A program made the position numbers and the translations under genes. From IMG/VR virus record IMGVR_UViG_3300046714_000572, positions 1 to 54,698 of that record: DNA of 54,698 nucleotides, one strand, 5' to 3'. Positions 8,440-17,754 of the stretch are shown in pieces. The notes under the pieces are model-generated. The model made no database searches and had not been told where the DNA came from. It was given only the letters and a program-made list of their open reading frames with translations. Origin of the DNA: a virus. Its lineage: Duplodnaviria; Caudoviricetes. The number at the start of each line of letters is the position of its first letter. The first letter of the stretch is position 1.

Positions 8440-10514
8440 TGAGCGACTCGGTCCTGGACCCCTTCGCTCGCGCGCGCAAGACGGCGAGGCACGATACGGC
8501 GCAGTCTCTCGAGATTGCCCGTATCGTGTCGCTGCCCATCGTGGAGCTGCCGACCGACGAGGAGGTCGAGGAGTTCTGCCGGTGCGAGGTCCAGGCCGAA
8601 TACTTCGAGGGCAAGGACGGCGAGCGACCGTTCCGGCTCTTCAACACCCAGGTCGGCGGCGTGCTGGCGTGGGACATGTACAAGGGGCTCTTCGGCTGCA
8701 TCGGCGTCGGCTGGGGCAAGACGCTCATCACGCTGATGATCGCCAACCGCGCGTACGAGTCCGGCGACTCGCAGCGCTCGCTCCTCCTCGTGCCGTCGCA
8801 GGTCTACGCGCAGCTCACTCAGCGCGACATCCCGTGGGCGCGCAAGCGCGTCGGCCTGCGCGTGCCGTTCGTGCTGATGGGCGGGCGCGACGCGGCCTCG
8901 CGGGCGTCCGCGGCGAAGTCGCAGAAGCGCGGCTGCTACGTAGCGCCGTACTCGCACCTCTCGACGAAGGACGCCGAGGCCGTGCTGCACGGCATCGCGC
9001 CCGACCTGCTGATCCTCGACGAGGCGCACAAGGTCAAGAACGCCAAGGCGGCGCGGACCGCGCGCGTGATGCGGTACCTGCGCGCCCGACAGCCCCGCGT
9101 GGTGGCGCTCTCCGGCACGATCACGTCGAAGTCGATCTCCGACTACCACCACCTGCTCACGTTCTCCCTCGGCGAGCGCAGCCCGCTGCCTCTCGAGGGC
9201 GCGCTGGCGCTGAACTGGTCCTACGTCCTCGACGCTAACGCCGACCCGAGCGACGCGCAGACCGGGCCGATCGCGCCGCTGATCGACTGGGCGCGGAAGG
9301 AGTTCCCGGCGGAGAAGCTGCCGAAGGGCGTGCCGGGATTCCGCAAGGCCTACCGCCTGCGGCTGAACACTTCGCCCGGCGTCGTCGCGACCGGCGACAA
9401 CGAGATCGGCGTGTCGCTGACGATCCAGAACAAGCCCGTCGACATGAGCGTCGTGGACGACAAGCCCGAGATGGTCCGCCTGCGCAAGCTGATGCAGGAC
9501 GTCGAGGAGCTGTGGCGCACGCCGTCGGGCGACGAGATCGAGTGGGGCTTCCAGAAATGGCGCTACCTCTACGAGCTGACGTCCGGCCTGTACAACAACC
9601 TGCGCTGGCCGACGACCGACGAGCTGATGCTGCGCGGCCGGCTCTCGCGCGACCAGGCCGTCGAGCACCTGATGCTCGCGAAGATGCACCACGAGGCGCT
9701 CCAGGAGTACCACAAGAAGCTGCGCCGGTGGATAGAGCGCGCCGGGCGCGCGAAGCTCGACACGCCGTTCCTGATCGCCGCGAACATGGCGAACCACGGC
9801 GCCGAGGACGTCGGCGAGGAGCTGTACGAGGCCTGGTGCGGCGCGAAGGACCTCGAGTTCGACGGCATGCCGTCGCGGCTCTCCGAGCCGATCCGCGTGT
9901 GCGACTACAAGATCCAGCACGCCGTCGCGTGGGCGCGCGAGCTGTCCGAGCGCAAGCCGGCGGAGGGCGGGCTCATCTGGTTCAAGCACGACGAGTCGGG
10001 CCGCTGGCTCGCCGAGGAGCTTCAGCGCCAGGGCCTCGGGGCGATCTGGGCGCCGGCCGAGTCGGTGCGCAAGGGGATGAACGAGCTGGTCGACTACAAG
10101 CCCGGCGAGACCCGCACGCTGGTCATCTCGATGGGCGGGCATGGCGAGGGCAAGAACCTCCAGCACGAGTTCTACAACCAGCTCTTCCTCGACTTCCCTC
10201 GCGACGCCAGCCTCGCCGAGCAGGTCCTCGGGCGCACGCACCGCAACGGTCAGAAGGCCGACGAGCTGGTGGCGCACACGATGAACACGCTCCAGTTCGA
10301 CCACCTGAACATGGCGGCGTGCCTGGTCGATGCGCTGTACAACCACCAGACGACGGGCTCGCGGCAGAAGCTCATCTACTGCTCGCACGACCCGCTGCCG
10401 AAGGTCTACCCGCTCGACTTCCTCCGCGAGCGGGGGTTCGTGGACGTCGCTCAGCTCGACGCAGAGGCCCGCGCCGCGCTGGAGGAGAAGTTCGGGCCGA
10501 TGACGAGGTCCTGA
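8439..10514 (+). CDS. SF2 (SNF2-like) DNA helicase
   Basis: GVGWGKT, ILDEAH, LSGT, EQVLGRTHRNGQ. Confidence 0.9.
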   Translation: MSDSVLDPFARARKTARHDTAQSLEIARIVSLPIVELPTDEEVEEFCRCEVQAEYFEGKDGERPFRLFNTQVGGVLAWDMYKGLFGCIGVGWGKTLITLMIANRAYESGDSQRSLLLVPSQVYAQLTQRDIPWARKRVGLRVPFVLMGGRDAASRASAAKSQKRGCYVAPYSHLSTKDAEAVLHGIAPDLLILDEAHKVKNAKAARTARVMRYLRARQPRVVALSGTITSKSISDYHHLLTFSLGERSPLPLEGALALNWSYVLDANADPSDAQTGPIAPLIDWARKEFPAEKLPKGVPGFRKAYRLRLNTSPGVVATGDNEIGVSLTIQNKPVDMSVVDDKPEMVRLRKLMQDVEELWRTPSGDEIEWGFQKWRYLYELTSGLYNNLRWPTTDELMLRGRLSRDQAVEHLMLAKMHHEALQEYHKKLRRWIERAGRAKLDTPFLIAANMANHGAEDVGEELYEAWCGAKDLEFDGMPSRLSEPIRVCDYKIQHAVAWARELSERKPAEGGLIWFKHDESGRWLAEELQRQGLGAIWAPAESVRKGMNELVDYKPGETRTLVISMGGHGEGKNLQHEFYNQLFLDFPRDASLAEQVLGRTHRNGQKADELVAHTMNTLQFDHLNMAACLVDALYNHQTTGSRQKLIYCSHDPLPKVYPLDFLRERGFVDVAQLDAEARAALEEKFGPMTRS

Positions 10515-10516
10515 CC

Positions 10517-10837
10517 ATGCTGACCATTCGCGAGCTAGTCTTCCTCAGCTACGAGACGATCTCCCCCAAGATAATCGAGGACGGCTGGCGCCCGCTATGT
10601 ACGCGCCCCGGGTCCATGATCGGAGACACCGTCCTAGCCGTCCTGGTCGACACCAAGAACGAGCAGCAGGCGGAGGTGTTCCACGCCGTGCGGCCGGGCG
10701 ACGCGCTGCCGGCGCCGGCTGGCAAGGAGCTGGCGTTCGTGGGGGCGTGCGGGGACAAGTACCTCTTCCTCGAGCTTCCCGTCGAGGCCGAGGCGGACCC
10801 CCGCGGAGAGCGCCGGATCGGCCGCCCCGAGTGGTAG
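10517..10837 (+). CDS. hypothetical protein (MLTIRELVF...)
   Basis: GAGG RBS; ATG 2 nt after the helicase stop. Confidence 0.65.
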   Translation: MLTIRELVFLSYETISPKIIEDGWRPLCTRPGSMIGDTVLAVLVDTKNEQQAEVFHAVRPGDALPAPAGKELAFVGACGDKYLFLELPVEAEADPRGERRIGRPEW

Positions 10838-10867
10838 CCGTCTACCTGGGTTTCCTCAAGATTCCCC

Positions 10868-10895
10868 TTGCCCGCGCCGAAGATGGATGTACACT
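10868..10895 (+). promoter_or_regulatory. sigma70-type promoter
   Basis: TTGCCC-16 nt-TACACT in the intergenic gap. Confidence 0.55.
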
Positions 10896-10944
10896 GTACG
10901 CGCCTGCAAGCAACACGGACAAGTACCAAGATAAGGACACTGAC

Positions 10945-11466
10945 ATGGGTGCATTCTCAGGGATGAAGGACGCGAAGCGCGGCTTCGCAAGCAACCCGCT
11001 CCGACCCGGCAAGTACGTCGTGCGCATCGACGCCTGCGACTTCTTCAAGTCGGACAACGGGGAGTACTGGAAGAACACGCTGACGATCCTGGCCGTCGAC
11101 CAGGGCGACCACAAGGTCGGGGAGGTGGTCAACACCTTCTTCAAGTTCAAGGACACCGCGGAGGGGCGGACGATCTTCCAGCAGAACCTCAAGTCCTTCA
11201 TGGCGGGTATCCTCGCCTGCGAGGACGAGCAGATCGACGAGTCCGCCGCGAAGCGCGCGAGCGGCGAGGAGCAGACGATGCGGGGGATGATCACCGTCGT
11301 CAGCGGCGTGATGCGCACGAGCAAGAACAAGGTCTACGAGGACGGCCCCCAGAAGGGGCAGCCCAAGCAGTACCCGGTCTTCTCGTGGGCGCCGTCGCTC
11401 GACGCCGAGGAGACCCTGGCCGCGATCGGCGCGGAGAACTACAAGAAGTTCTTCCCGAGCGGCTGA
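10945..11466 (+). CDS. putative single-stranded DNA-binding protein
   Basis: AAGGA RBS; PGKYVVRI beta-rich, aromatic-rich pattern; lies between helicase and polymerase (function inferred). Confidence 0.55.
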   Translation: MGAFSGMKDAKRGFASNPLRPGKYVVRIDACDFFKSDNGEYWKNTLTILAVDQGDHKVGEVVNTFFKFKDTAEGRTIFQQNLKSFMAGILACEDEQIDESAAKRASGEEQTMRGMITVVSGVMRTSKNKVYEDGPQKGQPKQYPVFSWAPSLDAEETLAAIGAENYKKFFPSG

Positions 11467-11659
11467 GACTTGATGCGATCGGTCCGCCCTTGAAGCCCTT
11501 CGGGTACACTTCGGGGTAGGAGCATGCGGAGGAGCAGACCGAGCTAACTTCGCTCCAAGACGAACTGGACAAAGGAACGTGAAAGCCGGCGGACGTTCGC
11601 CACCAGGCTTGACGAGGGAGAGACCTCACCAGCACACAAACCACAGAGAGGATCTGCAC

Positions 11660-12166
11660 ATGGCCGCACGTAAGGGAACGAAGAGGAAGTCGAGGGCTAG
11701 CCCGAAGACTCAGTTGACGACGGCGCAGAGCGTCGCTGCGCTCGAGCGCGTGGTGAGCGAGCTGCGCGGGGTCATCTGCTTCCAGCACGAGACGAGGCTG
11801 GAGGCGCTCGAGGAGAAGATGCGCCAGACGCAGGAGGGTCTGGGCGGCGCCGTCTGGCGCACGCAGCAGGGTCACGCGCGCTTCATTGCGCTGCTCTCGA
11901 CGCAGCACCTGAAGAACATCCTTGCGTGGCCGCGGGTCAGCGACCGGATCAAGAACCTGGTGGAGGCCGAGCTGGGCCGGCGCGAGGTCGACGCGCAGTT
12001 CCGCAAGGAGGAGTGCAGCAACACTTTCCAGGGGCCGTTGAAGGTGGCGCTCTTCTCGCATGGCATCCCGTGCGACCCGGCGCCTCTGAGCGTCTCGGAA
12101 CGCATCGACCTCCTGATGAAGCAGGTGGACAAGCTGACGCGGGCGATCGGACAGCTCCCGCGATGA
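11660..12166 (+). CDS. hypothetical protein with basic N-terminus and coiled coil
   Basis: AGAGGA RBS; ATGA coupling to next gene. Confidence 0.65.
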   Translation: MAARKGTKRKSRASPKTQLTTAQSVAALERVVSELRGVICFQHETRLEALEEKMRQTQEGLGGAVWRTQQGHARFIALLSTQHLKNILAWPRVSDRIKNLVEAELGRREVDAQFRKEECSNTFQGPLKVALFSHGIPCDPAPLSVSERIDLLMKQVDKLTRAIGQLPR

Positions 12167-12309
12167 CCACCTGCGCCGTCTGCGAGGTCCTCTCCCCGGC
12201 CGCGGTCAACTGCCCCGACTGCGCCCGCTGGCTCTGTACCGACTGCTGGGGCAGCATCGCGGACAACAGGAACTGCGGCCTGTGCCAGGCCGGGGTAGGA
12301 GCAGCATGA
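12163..12309 (+). CDS. small cysteine-rich zinc-finger protein
   Basis: Four CxxC pairs in 48 aa; coupled to both neighbours. Confidence 0.65.
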   Translation: MTTCAVCEVLSPAAVNCPDCARWLCTDCWGSIADNRNCGLCQAGVGAA

Positions 12310-14546
12310 CCCGCGTCGTCGCCTTCGACACAGAGACCCACCTCATCGGCCCCGGAGCCGTCGCCCCGCCGCTCGTGTGCGGCTCCTTCGCGTGGCGCAG
12401 CGCCGACGGCGCGATGGACTCCTCCCTGATGGGCAACCATCCCGACGACGGGCTAGAGGCCGCGATCGAGCGGATGTTGCTCGCCGACGAGGCCCTGATC
12501 GTCACGCACTCCGGCGGCTTCGACTGGACGGTCGTGTGCGCGAAGTATCCGCGTCTCTTGCCGCTGGTGTTCAAGGCGCTGCTCTCCGGTCACGCGACCG
12601 ACACGAAGTGGCGGGAGAAGCTCCTGAACCTGAGCACTACGGGGCGGCTCGACAAGGTCGCCCTGCCCGACGGCTCGTCGGCGGACATCAGCTACCACCT
12701 CGCCGACCTCACTCTCCAGTACACCGGCCAGGACCGCTCGCACCTCAAGGAGGGCGACGACATCTGGCGCCTCGCGTACGCCGCGCTCGACGGCTGGCGC
12801 GCCGCCGACTACCCGCAGGACGCCGCGGACTACGCCATCGGCGACGCGACGGACACCCTGCTCGTCTACGAGGCCCAGGAGCGACGCAAGGCCGAGTGGA
12901 AGATGGCCTCGACGGCGACCGAGGAGTTCCGCACCGCGGCCCACTTCGCCCTGTACTTGATGTCGGCGCACGGCGTCGAGGTCGACCCCGAGGAGACCGC
13001 TCGAGTGCGGGCGGAGGTCACCCGCCGCATCGACGAGGTCGAGGGATCGCTCGTGGCCGCGGGCTTCATCGAGCCGGCTGTCCCGATGCAGCCGTACAAG
13101 TCGCAGGGCAAGCGCCTCGACGCCTGGGCTAAGGCGAACTTCGGCGCCGTCGTCGAGCCGTCCTTCGACTGGTCGCCGTACCGGGAGGAGCTGGAGAAGG
13201 TCGGCGTCAAGTTCACCGAGGCGAAGAAGTCCAAGCGCAACACGAAGCCGATCCAGGAGTACGTCGCCGCGCTGTACAAGCAGCTCGGCGAGATTCCCAC
13301 GATGACCGACGGCGGGGAGAAGGCCGAGCCGCAGATCAAGCTCGACGGCGAGGTGCAGGAGTACCTCGCGTACAAGGACCCGCTAATGGAGGCCTACCAC
13401 GGGCGCCAGTCGCTCCAGAAGATCATCGAGCAGCTCGACGTCCTCGAGTCTGGTCCCGTGATCTACCCTCAGTACGACGTGCTGAAGGAGACCGGCCGCA
13501 CGTCGAGCTACGGCAACTCGAAGACCCGCGAGCCGCTGTACCCCTCGGCGAACATCCAGCAGGTCCCCGGGCCGCGCGACGGCCTCGACGTGCGCCGATG
13601 CTACCGACCGCGCGAGGGGCGCGTGTTCTTCGACGTGGACGTCACCGGCCTCGAGCTGGCGACGGTCGCGCAGGTCACCTACGACCTGTTCGGCACGTCG
13701 GTCCACATGGACCGGTACAACGCCGGGGTCGACCTGCACGGCTACCTCGGCGCGCAGCTCGGCCTACAGATCATGGACGACGAGCTGTCGCAGCACTTCC
13801 GCCAGCTCTGCAAGGCCGAGCGCATCGCGGACGACCCGATGGGCGTCTACGACGCCTTCATGCGCTGCAAGAAGCACGAAGACGAGCCCGTTCGGAAGTG
13901 GTTCAAGCACGTCCGCACGTTCGCGAAGCCGGTCGGCCTCGGCCTGCCCGGCGGCCTCGGGCCGGAGACTCTAGTGGACTTCGCCCGCAAGACGTACGGC
14001 GTGCTGATGACCGTGCAGCAGGCGAGCGACTTCCGCGAGGTCTGGCGCGCGACGTACCCGGAGATGCCTCGCTTCTTCGACTGGATCTCCGGCCAGACCG
14101 ACGAGCACAACGGCCAGAACGAGGCCGGCGAGAAGCTCTATTGGTACGAGACTCCGCTCGGCATGATCCGCCGCGGGGCGACGTACTGCGCCGCGGCGAA
14201 CGGGAAGTGCATGCAGTCGCCCGGCGCCGAGGTCGCGGAGACCTGGACCATCCTCGTGCAGCGCGAGTGCTACGACCCGACGCAGGAGTCCGTCCTGCTC
14301 GGAGCGCGGCCGGTCGCGTTCGTGCACGACCAGATCCTCGGCGAGACGACGCGCGAGGAGGCGCTGTGGCACGACCAGTGCATGCGCGTGAAGGCGATCC
14401 TCCAGGAGTGCTCGAAGCTGGTCCTGCCCGACGTGAACATCCGCTCCGACGAGGCGCACCTGACGCGCCGCTGGACGAAGGACTCCGTGCCGGTCTTCGG
14501 ACCGGACGGCCGGCTGATCCCGTGGGAACCCAAACAAACCGCTTGA
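12306..14546 (+). CDS. polA: DNA polymerase family A with 3'-5' exonuclease
   Basis: FDTET (ExoI), YAIGDA (ExoIII), TGRTSS..NIQQVP, motif A DVTGLEL, motif B RTFAKPVGLGLPGG, motif C FVHDQ; AGGAG RBS. Confidence 0.93.
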   Translation: MTRVVAFDTETHLIGPGAVAPPLVCGSFAWRSADGAMDSSLMGNHPDDGLEAAIERMLLADEALIVTHSGGFDWTVVCAKYPRLLPLVFKALLSGHATDTKWREKLLNLSTTGRLDKVALPDGSSADISYHLADLTLQYTGQDRSHLKEGDDIWRLAYAALDGWRAADYPQDAADYAIGDATDTLLVYEAQERRKAEWKMASTATEEFRTAAHFALYLMSAHGVEVDPEETARVRAEVTRRIDEVEGSLVAAGFIEPAVPMQPYKSQGKRLDAWAKANFGAVVEPSFDWSPYREELEKVGVKFTEAKKSKRNTKPIQEYVAALYKQLGEIPTMTDGGEKAEPQIKLDGEVQEYLAYKDPLMEAYHGRQSLQKIIEQLDVLESGPVIYPQYDVLKETGRTSSYGNSKTREPLYPSANIQQVPGPRDGLDVRRCYRPREGRVFFDVDVTGLELATVAQVTYDLFGTSVHMDRYNAGVDLHGYLGAQLGLQIMDDELSQHFRQLCKAERIADDPMGVYDAFMRCKKHEDEPVRKWFKHVRTFAKPVGLGLPGGLGPETLVDFARKTYGVLMTVQQASDFREVWRATYPEMPRFFDWISGQTDEHNGQNEAGEKLYWYETPLGMIRRGATYCAAANGKCMQSPGAEVAETWTILVQRECYDPTQESVLLGARPVAFVHDQILGETTREEALWHDQCMRVKAILQECSKLVLPDVNIRSDEAHLTRRWTKDSVPVFGPDGRLIPWEPKQTA

Positions 14547-14570
14547 CACATAACCAAACCGAGGTACACT
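14543..14570 (+). promoter_or_regulatory. sigma70-type promoter, probably leaderless transcript
   Basis: TTGACA-16 nt-TACACT; ATG at 14577 with no RBS in between. Confidence 0.7.
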
Positions 14571-14576
14571 GAACCC

Positions 14577-15245
14577 ATGAGCGAACAAGAGTCCGACTAC
14601 GACGCCTACTGCGACTCGCAGTGCTCGTTCACCCCTGCGCCAGCTCGGCCGGGCTCGCGGGACTACGACCTGAAGGACAGCGGCACCCGCCGCGAGTTCG
14701 ACACAGGCGCGAAGCGCGACGCGGCGACCGGCAAGGGGCGCTACGACCTGATCTCGCCGCTGGCGACGCGGCGCAAGGCGATCCTGCTCGAGAAGGGCGC
14801 GATCAAGTACGACGCCCGCAACTGGGAGAAGGGCATGCCACTGAGCGTGTTCCTCGACTGCGCGAAGCGCCACCTGGACAAGTACCTGGAGGGCCTGCGC
14901 GACGAGGACCACCTGGCCGCGGCGTCGTGGAACATCGACTGCATGATGCACTTCGAGGAGATGATCGCCCGCGGGCTGAAGCCGGCGGAGCTGGACGACA
15001 TGCCGAGCTACGTGCCGGCGCCGGTCGACCAGATCGAGATCACCGCTCCGCCGCCGGACGACCTCTTCCACGTCGAGGTGCTCGTGCCGGTCGAGGGAGA
15101 GGAGCCGCAGTGGGTCGAGCAGGGACACGGACGCGACAGCTTCCCAGTCGCGGTCGGTGCTGCGGAGCACCTGTTCGACACTCGCACGGATCACGCCATC
15201 CGCGTGAAGCACCGCGGGGTCATCCTCTGGACTTGCACCCGATGA
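14577..15245 (+). CDS. dATP/dGTP diphosphohydrolase-domain protein (DUF5664-like)
   Basis: KDSG.RREF.TGA.RD...KGRYDLI, GA.KY..RNWEKG, RHL, EDHLAA..WN. Confidence 0.85.
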   Translation: MSEQESDYDAYCDSQCSFTPAPARPGSRDYDLKDSGTRREFDTGAKRDAATGKGRYDLISPLATRRKAILLEKGAIKYDARNWEKGMPLSVFLDCAKRHLDKYLEGLRDEDHLAAASWNIDCMMHFEEMIARGLKPAELDDMPSYVPAPVDQIEITAPPPDDLFHVEVLVPVEGEEPQWVEQGHGRDSFPVAVGAAEHLFDTRTDHAIRVKHRGVILWTCTR

Positions 15246-15472
15246 GCCCGTCGCCGATCCCGCTGCGCGAGGGCGAGCCGCTCAGGAACGTCATCCTGAG
15301 ATTGCCGGTTCTCACCTTGCGCGAGGCGCGTCGGCAGTGTATTCTTACCGCGCTGAAGGTCAACGACGGGGACGCCACGGCCGCGGCCAAGCTCCTCGGG
15401 ATCAGCACGAGCAGCATCTTCCGACTGATCGGGGATCTGAACATAACTCGAGAGGAGCGCTACACGGGATGA
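15242..15472 (+). CDS. Fis-family helix-turn-helix protein
   Basis: TLREA.R..I..AL....GD...AAKLLGIS.SSI.R. Confidence 0.8.
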   Translation: MSPSPIPLREGEPLRNVILRLPVLTLREARRQCILTALKVNDGDATAAAKLLGISTSSIFRLIGDLNITREERYTG

Positions 15473-15569
15473 GGTCGGGGACGAGGACGGCACTGACGAA
15501 CACTCGCGCAGCTATGCTGCGCAACGAGGCGCCAGTCCAACTCCCCGACATCTCCTAACCGCGCGCACC

Positions 15570-16118
15570 ATGCTCACCATCGGCATCGACCCGGACCTTC
15601 ACGACCTCGCGGTCGGCTACTGGGACAATGGTCCTAGGACTGCGTACGTCACCCACGTCGCGCACCGCAAGGGGAGGATCGGACAGACGGCCGTGATGGA
15701 CATGATCCTCGCGATGCGCCTGGAGGTCCCGTTCATCGACCGCGACCATGATGTCGATGCCGTCGCCGTCGAGGCGCAGACCTTGATGCGTTCAGGCTCC
15801 AAGCAGCACAAGCGCCCTCAGGACATTGTGATCCTCGGGAACGTGGCCGGCGCCGTACTCGGGATGCTCGCTGGAGCTGGTTATCCCAGTATCCTCTTCC
15901 CGACGCCGGAGCAGTGGAAGGGCCAGCTCCCCAAGCACGTCATGCAGGCCCGCCTCTACGACGAGCTGGGCTGGGGCTACGAGATGTGCGCGTCGGACAG
16001 CTACGCCGTGCCGCTGCGCATCCCGAACACCTTCGAGCACATCACCAAGGGCCAGTGGAAACACGTGGGCGACGCGCTGCTCCTCGCGCGCTGGGCCTAC
16101 GAGAAGAGGACGAAGTGA
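15570..16118 (+). CDS. RuvC-like Holliday junction resolvase
   Basis: IGIDP, AVE, P.QWK, DALLLA catalytic pattern. Confidence 0.8.
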   Translation: MLTIGIDPDLHDLAVGYWDNGPRTAYVTHVAHRKGRIGQTAVMDMILAMRLEVPFIDRDHDVDAVAVEAQTLMRSGSKQHKRPQDIVILGNVAGAVLGMLAGAGYPSILFPTPEQWKGQLPKHVMQARLYDELGWGYEMCASDSYAVPLRIPNTFEHITKGQWKHVGDALLLARWAYEKRTK

Positions 16119-17470
16119 CCAAGAAGAACGAACGCATCCGTCGAGACCCTGCCACCGAGAAGACGCCGCGGCAGCAGATGCTCCAGCGCTACGAGGCCAG
16201 CCTCATCGAGGCCGACAAGAAGCGCCTCGCGAACGCCGACCTGCGCGAGTCCTACCGCTCGAACCGCGCCAAGCGCGAGAAGGTCCGGCAGCTCCTGATC
16301 GCCGACCTGATCCACGTCTACCAGCACCCGGACAATCCCTACGCCGGCTGGGCCGCGTCGCGCAAGCGCTACCGCGAGCTGGGGCACTTCCCCGAGATCA
16401 TGGTCGCCGACCTCTTCGGCACGCACGCCGAGTTCGAGCGCGCCGCCGGCCTGCGCGACCAGCGCGGCACGTCGAAGGTCGGGCTGCTCACCGCGCGACT
16501 CCACTCCGAGCGCGAGATCCGCGAGTACGCCGAGGAGTCGGTTCTCGGCTCCGTCGGGCGCTGGACGAAGAAGTACCGCGAGACGTCGGGCGTCAAGCAC
16601 GTCATCGTCGGCAGCGACTTCCACGGGCAGTTCGTGGACCCGCTCGCCCTGCGCGTGTGGCTCGACACCATCCAGGACGTGCAGCCCGACGTCGTGGTCC
16701 TGAACGGCGACGTCACGGACTTCCCGCAGGTCAGCCGCTTCACGCTGATGCCCGGCGCCGGCTCGCTGTCGCTCCAGGCCGAGATCGACTGGACGCGCGA
16801 GAACATCCTGGCCCGCACGAGGAAGGCCGCGCCGAAGGCCGCGATCCTCTACGTGATCGGGAACCACGAGCACCGCCTGATCCGCTATCTCGCCGACACC
16901 GCGCCCGAGCTGGCGTCGCTGCGCTGCCTGCGCTGGGACACCCTCTTCGGGATCGAGGACCTCGGCATCGAGATGGTCTTCGGCGGCAACTTCCTCGCGC
17001 CGCGCCAGCGCGACCGCGTCGACAACACGCGGCGCAAGACGCACGCCGTGCTGTTCGACTCCCTCGTGGTCACCCACGGCAAGTCGCTCGCGGACAACGC
17101 GCCGAAGGCAGAGCTGGAGCGCTGGGGGATGTCGGGCACCTCGGGCCACACGCACCGGCCCGGCATCCAGACGCGCCCGACGCACGCCAATCCGCACCTC
17201 TCGTGGACCAGCACGCCGATGATGGCGGGCTTCGCGGTCGGCAAGGACTACGTGGACGGACCGAGTAGCTGGACGATGGGCTTCGCGGCCTTCACGGTCG
17301 ACGCCCGCGCCGGCATCGTCGTCCCGCAACTCATCCCGATCTACGAGGACTTCGCCTCGTGGAACGGCCACGTCTGGCGCCCGAGCGACAAGGCTCGCGC
17401 TATCCGCCGCACAATGTGGGGGGAACATGGGGACATAACGGCCAGCGAGCGCGGCAAGGACGTGATGTGA
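16115..17470 (+). CDS. calcineurin-like metallophosphoesterase with N-terminal helical domain
   Basis: SDFH, NGDVTD, GNHE, THG, GHTH motifs. Confidence 0.9.
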   Translation: MTKKNERIRRDPATEKTPRQQMLQRYEASLIEADKKRLANADLRESYRSNRAKREKVRQLLIADLIHVYQHPDNPYAGWAASRKRYRELGHFPEIMVADLFGTHAEFERAAGLRDQRGTSKVGLLTARLHSEREIREYAEESVLGSVGRWTKKYRETSGVKHVIVGSDFHGQFVDPLALRVWLDTIQDVQPDVVVLNGDVTDFPQVSRFTLMPGAGSLSLQAEIDWTRENILARTRKAAPKAAILYVIGNHEHRLIRYLADTAPELASLRCLRWDTLFGIEDLGIEMVFGGNFLAPRQRDRVDNTRRKTHAVLFDSLVVTHGKSLADNAPKAELERWGMSGTSGHTHRPGIQTRPTHANPHLSWTSTPMMAGFAVGKDYVDGPSSWTMGFAAFTVDARAGIVVPQLIPIYEDFASWNGHVWRPSDKARAIRRTMWGEHGDITASERGKDVM

Positions 17471-17592
17471 GCGAGGTGCCCTTCGTCTGCCGGCGGTGCA
17501 AGTCGCAGGCGTGGTTCCTGTTCATCCTGGACAAGGCGAACCGGCCGGTCCTCGCCCGCTGCAAGGCGTGCGGGCACGAGGAGCTGCTGTGA
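17467..17592 (+). CDS. small zinc-ribbon protein
   Basis: CRRC...CKAC; GTGA coupling. Confidence 0.6.
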   Translation: MSEVPFVCRRCKSQAWFLFILDKANRPVLARCKACGHEELL

Positions 17593-17663
17593 ACATCCTG
17601 ATCCTCGGCTTCGTCGTGGCCTGTCTCTGCGCGGCGTGGAGCTGCGCTGGCGGCTGGCGGTGA
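17589..17663 (+). CDS. putative 24-aa hydrophobic peptide (MNILILGFVVACLCAAWSCAGGWR)
   Basis: GAGGAG RBS; GTGA overlaps on both ends. Confidence 0.4.
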   Translation: MNILILGFVVACLCAAWSCAGGWR

Positions 17664-17754
17664 AGCGCCTGGTGATAGTTCTCGGAGGCCTCGGGCTGGT
17701 GCTCGGGTACACGTTCATCTACGCGCTGCTCAGGGCAGCAGGAAGACAAAGACC

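Noticed and set aside
2791-15245. 2-aminoadenine (Z) genome
   Set aside because: No purZ/purA-like gene in the window; the hydrolases alone are not diagnostic
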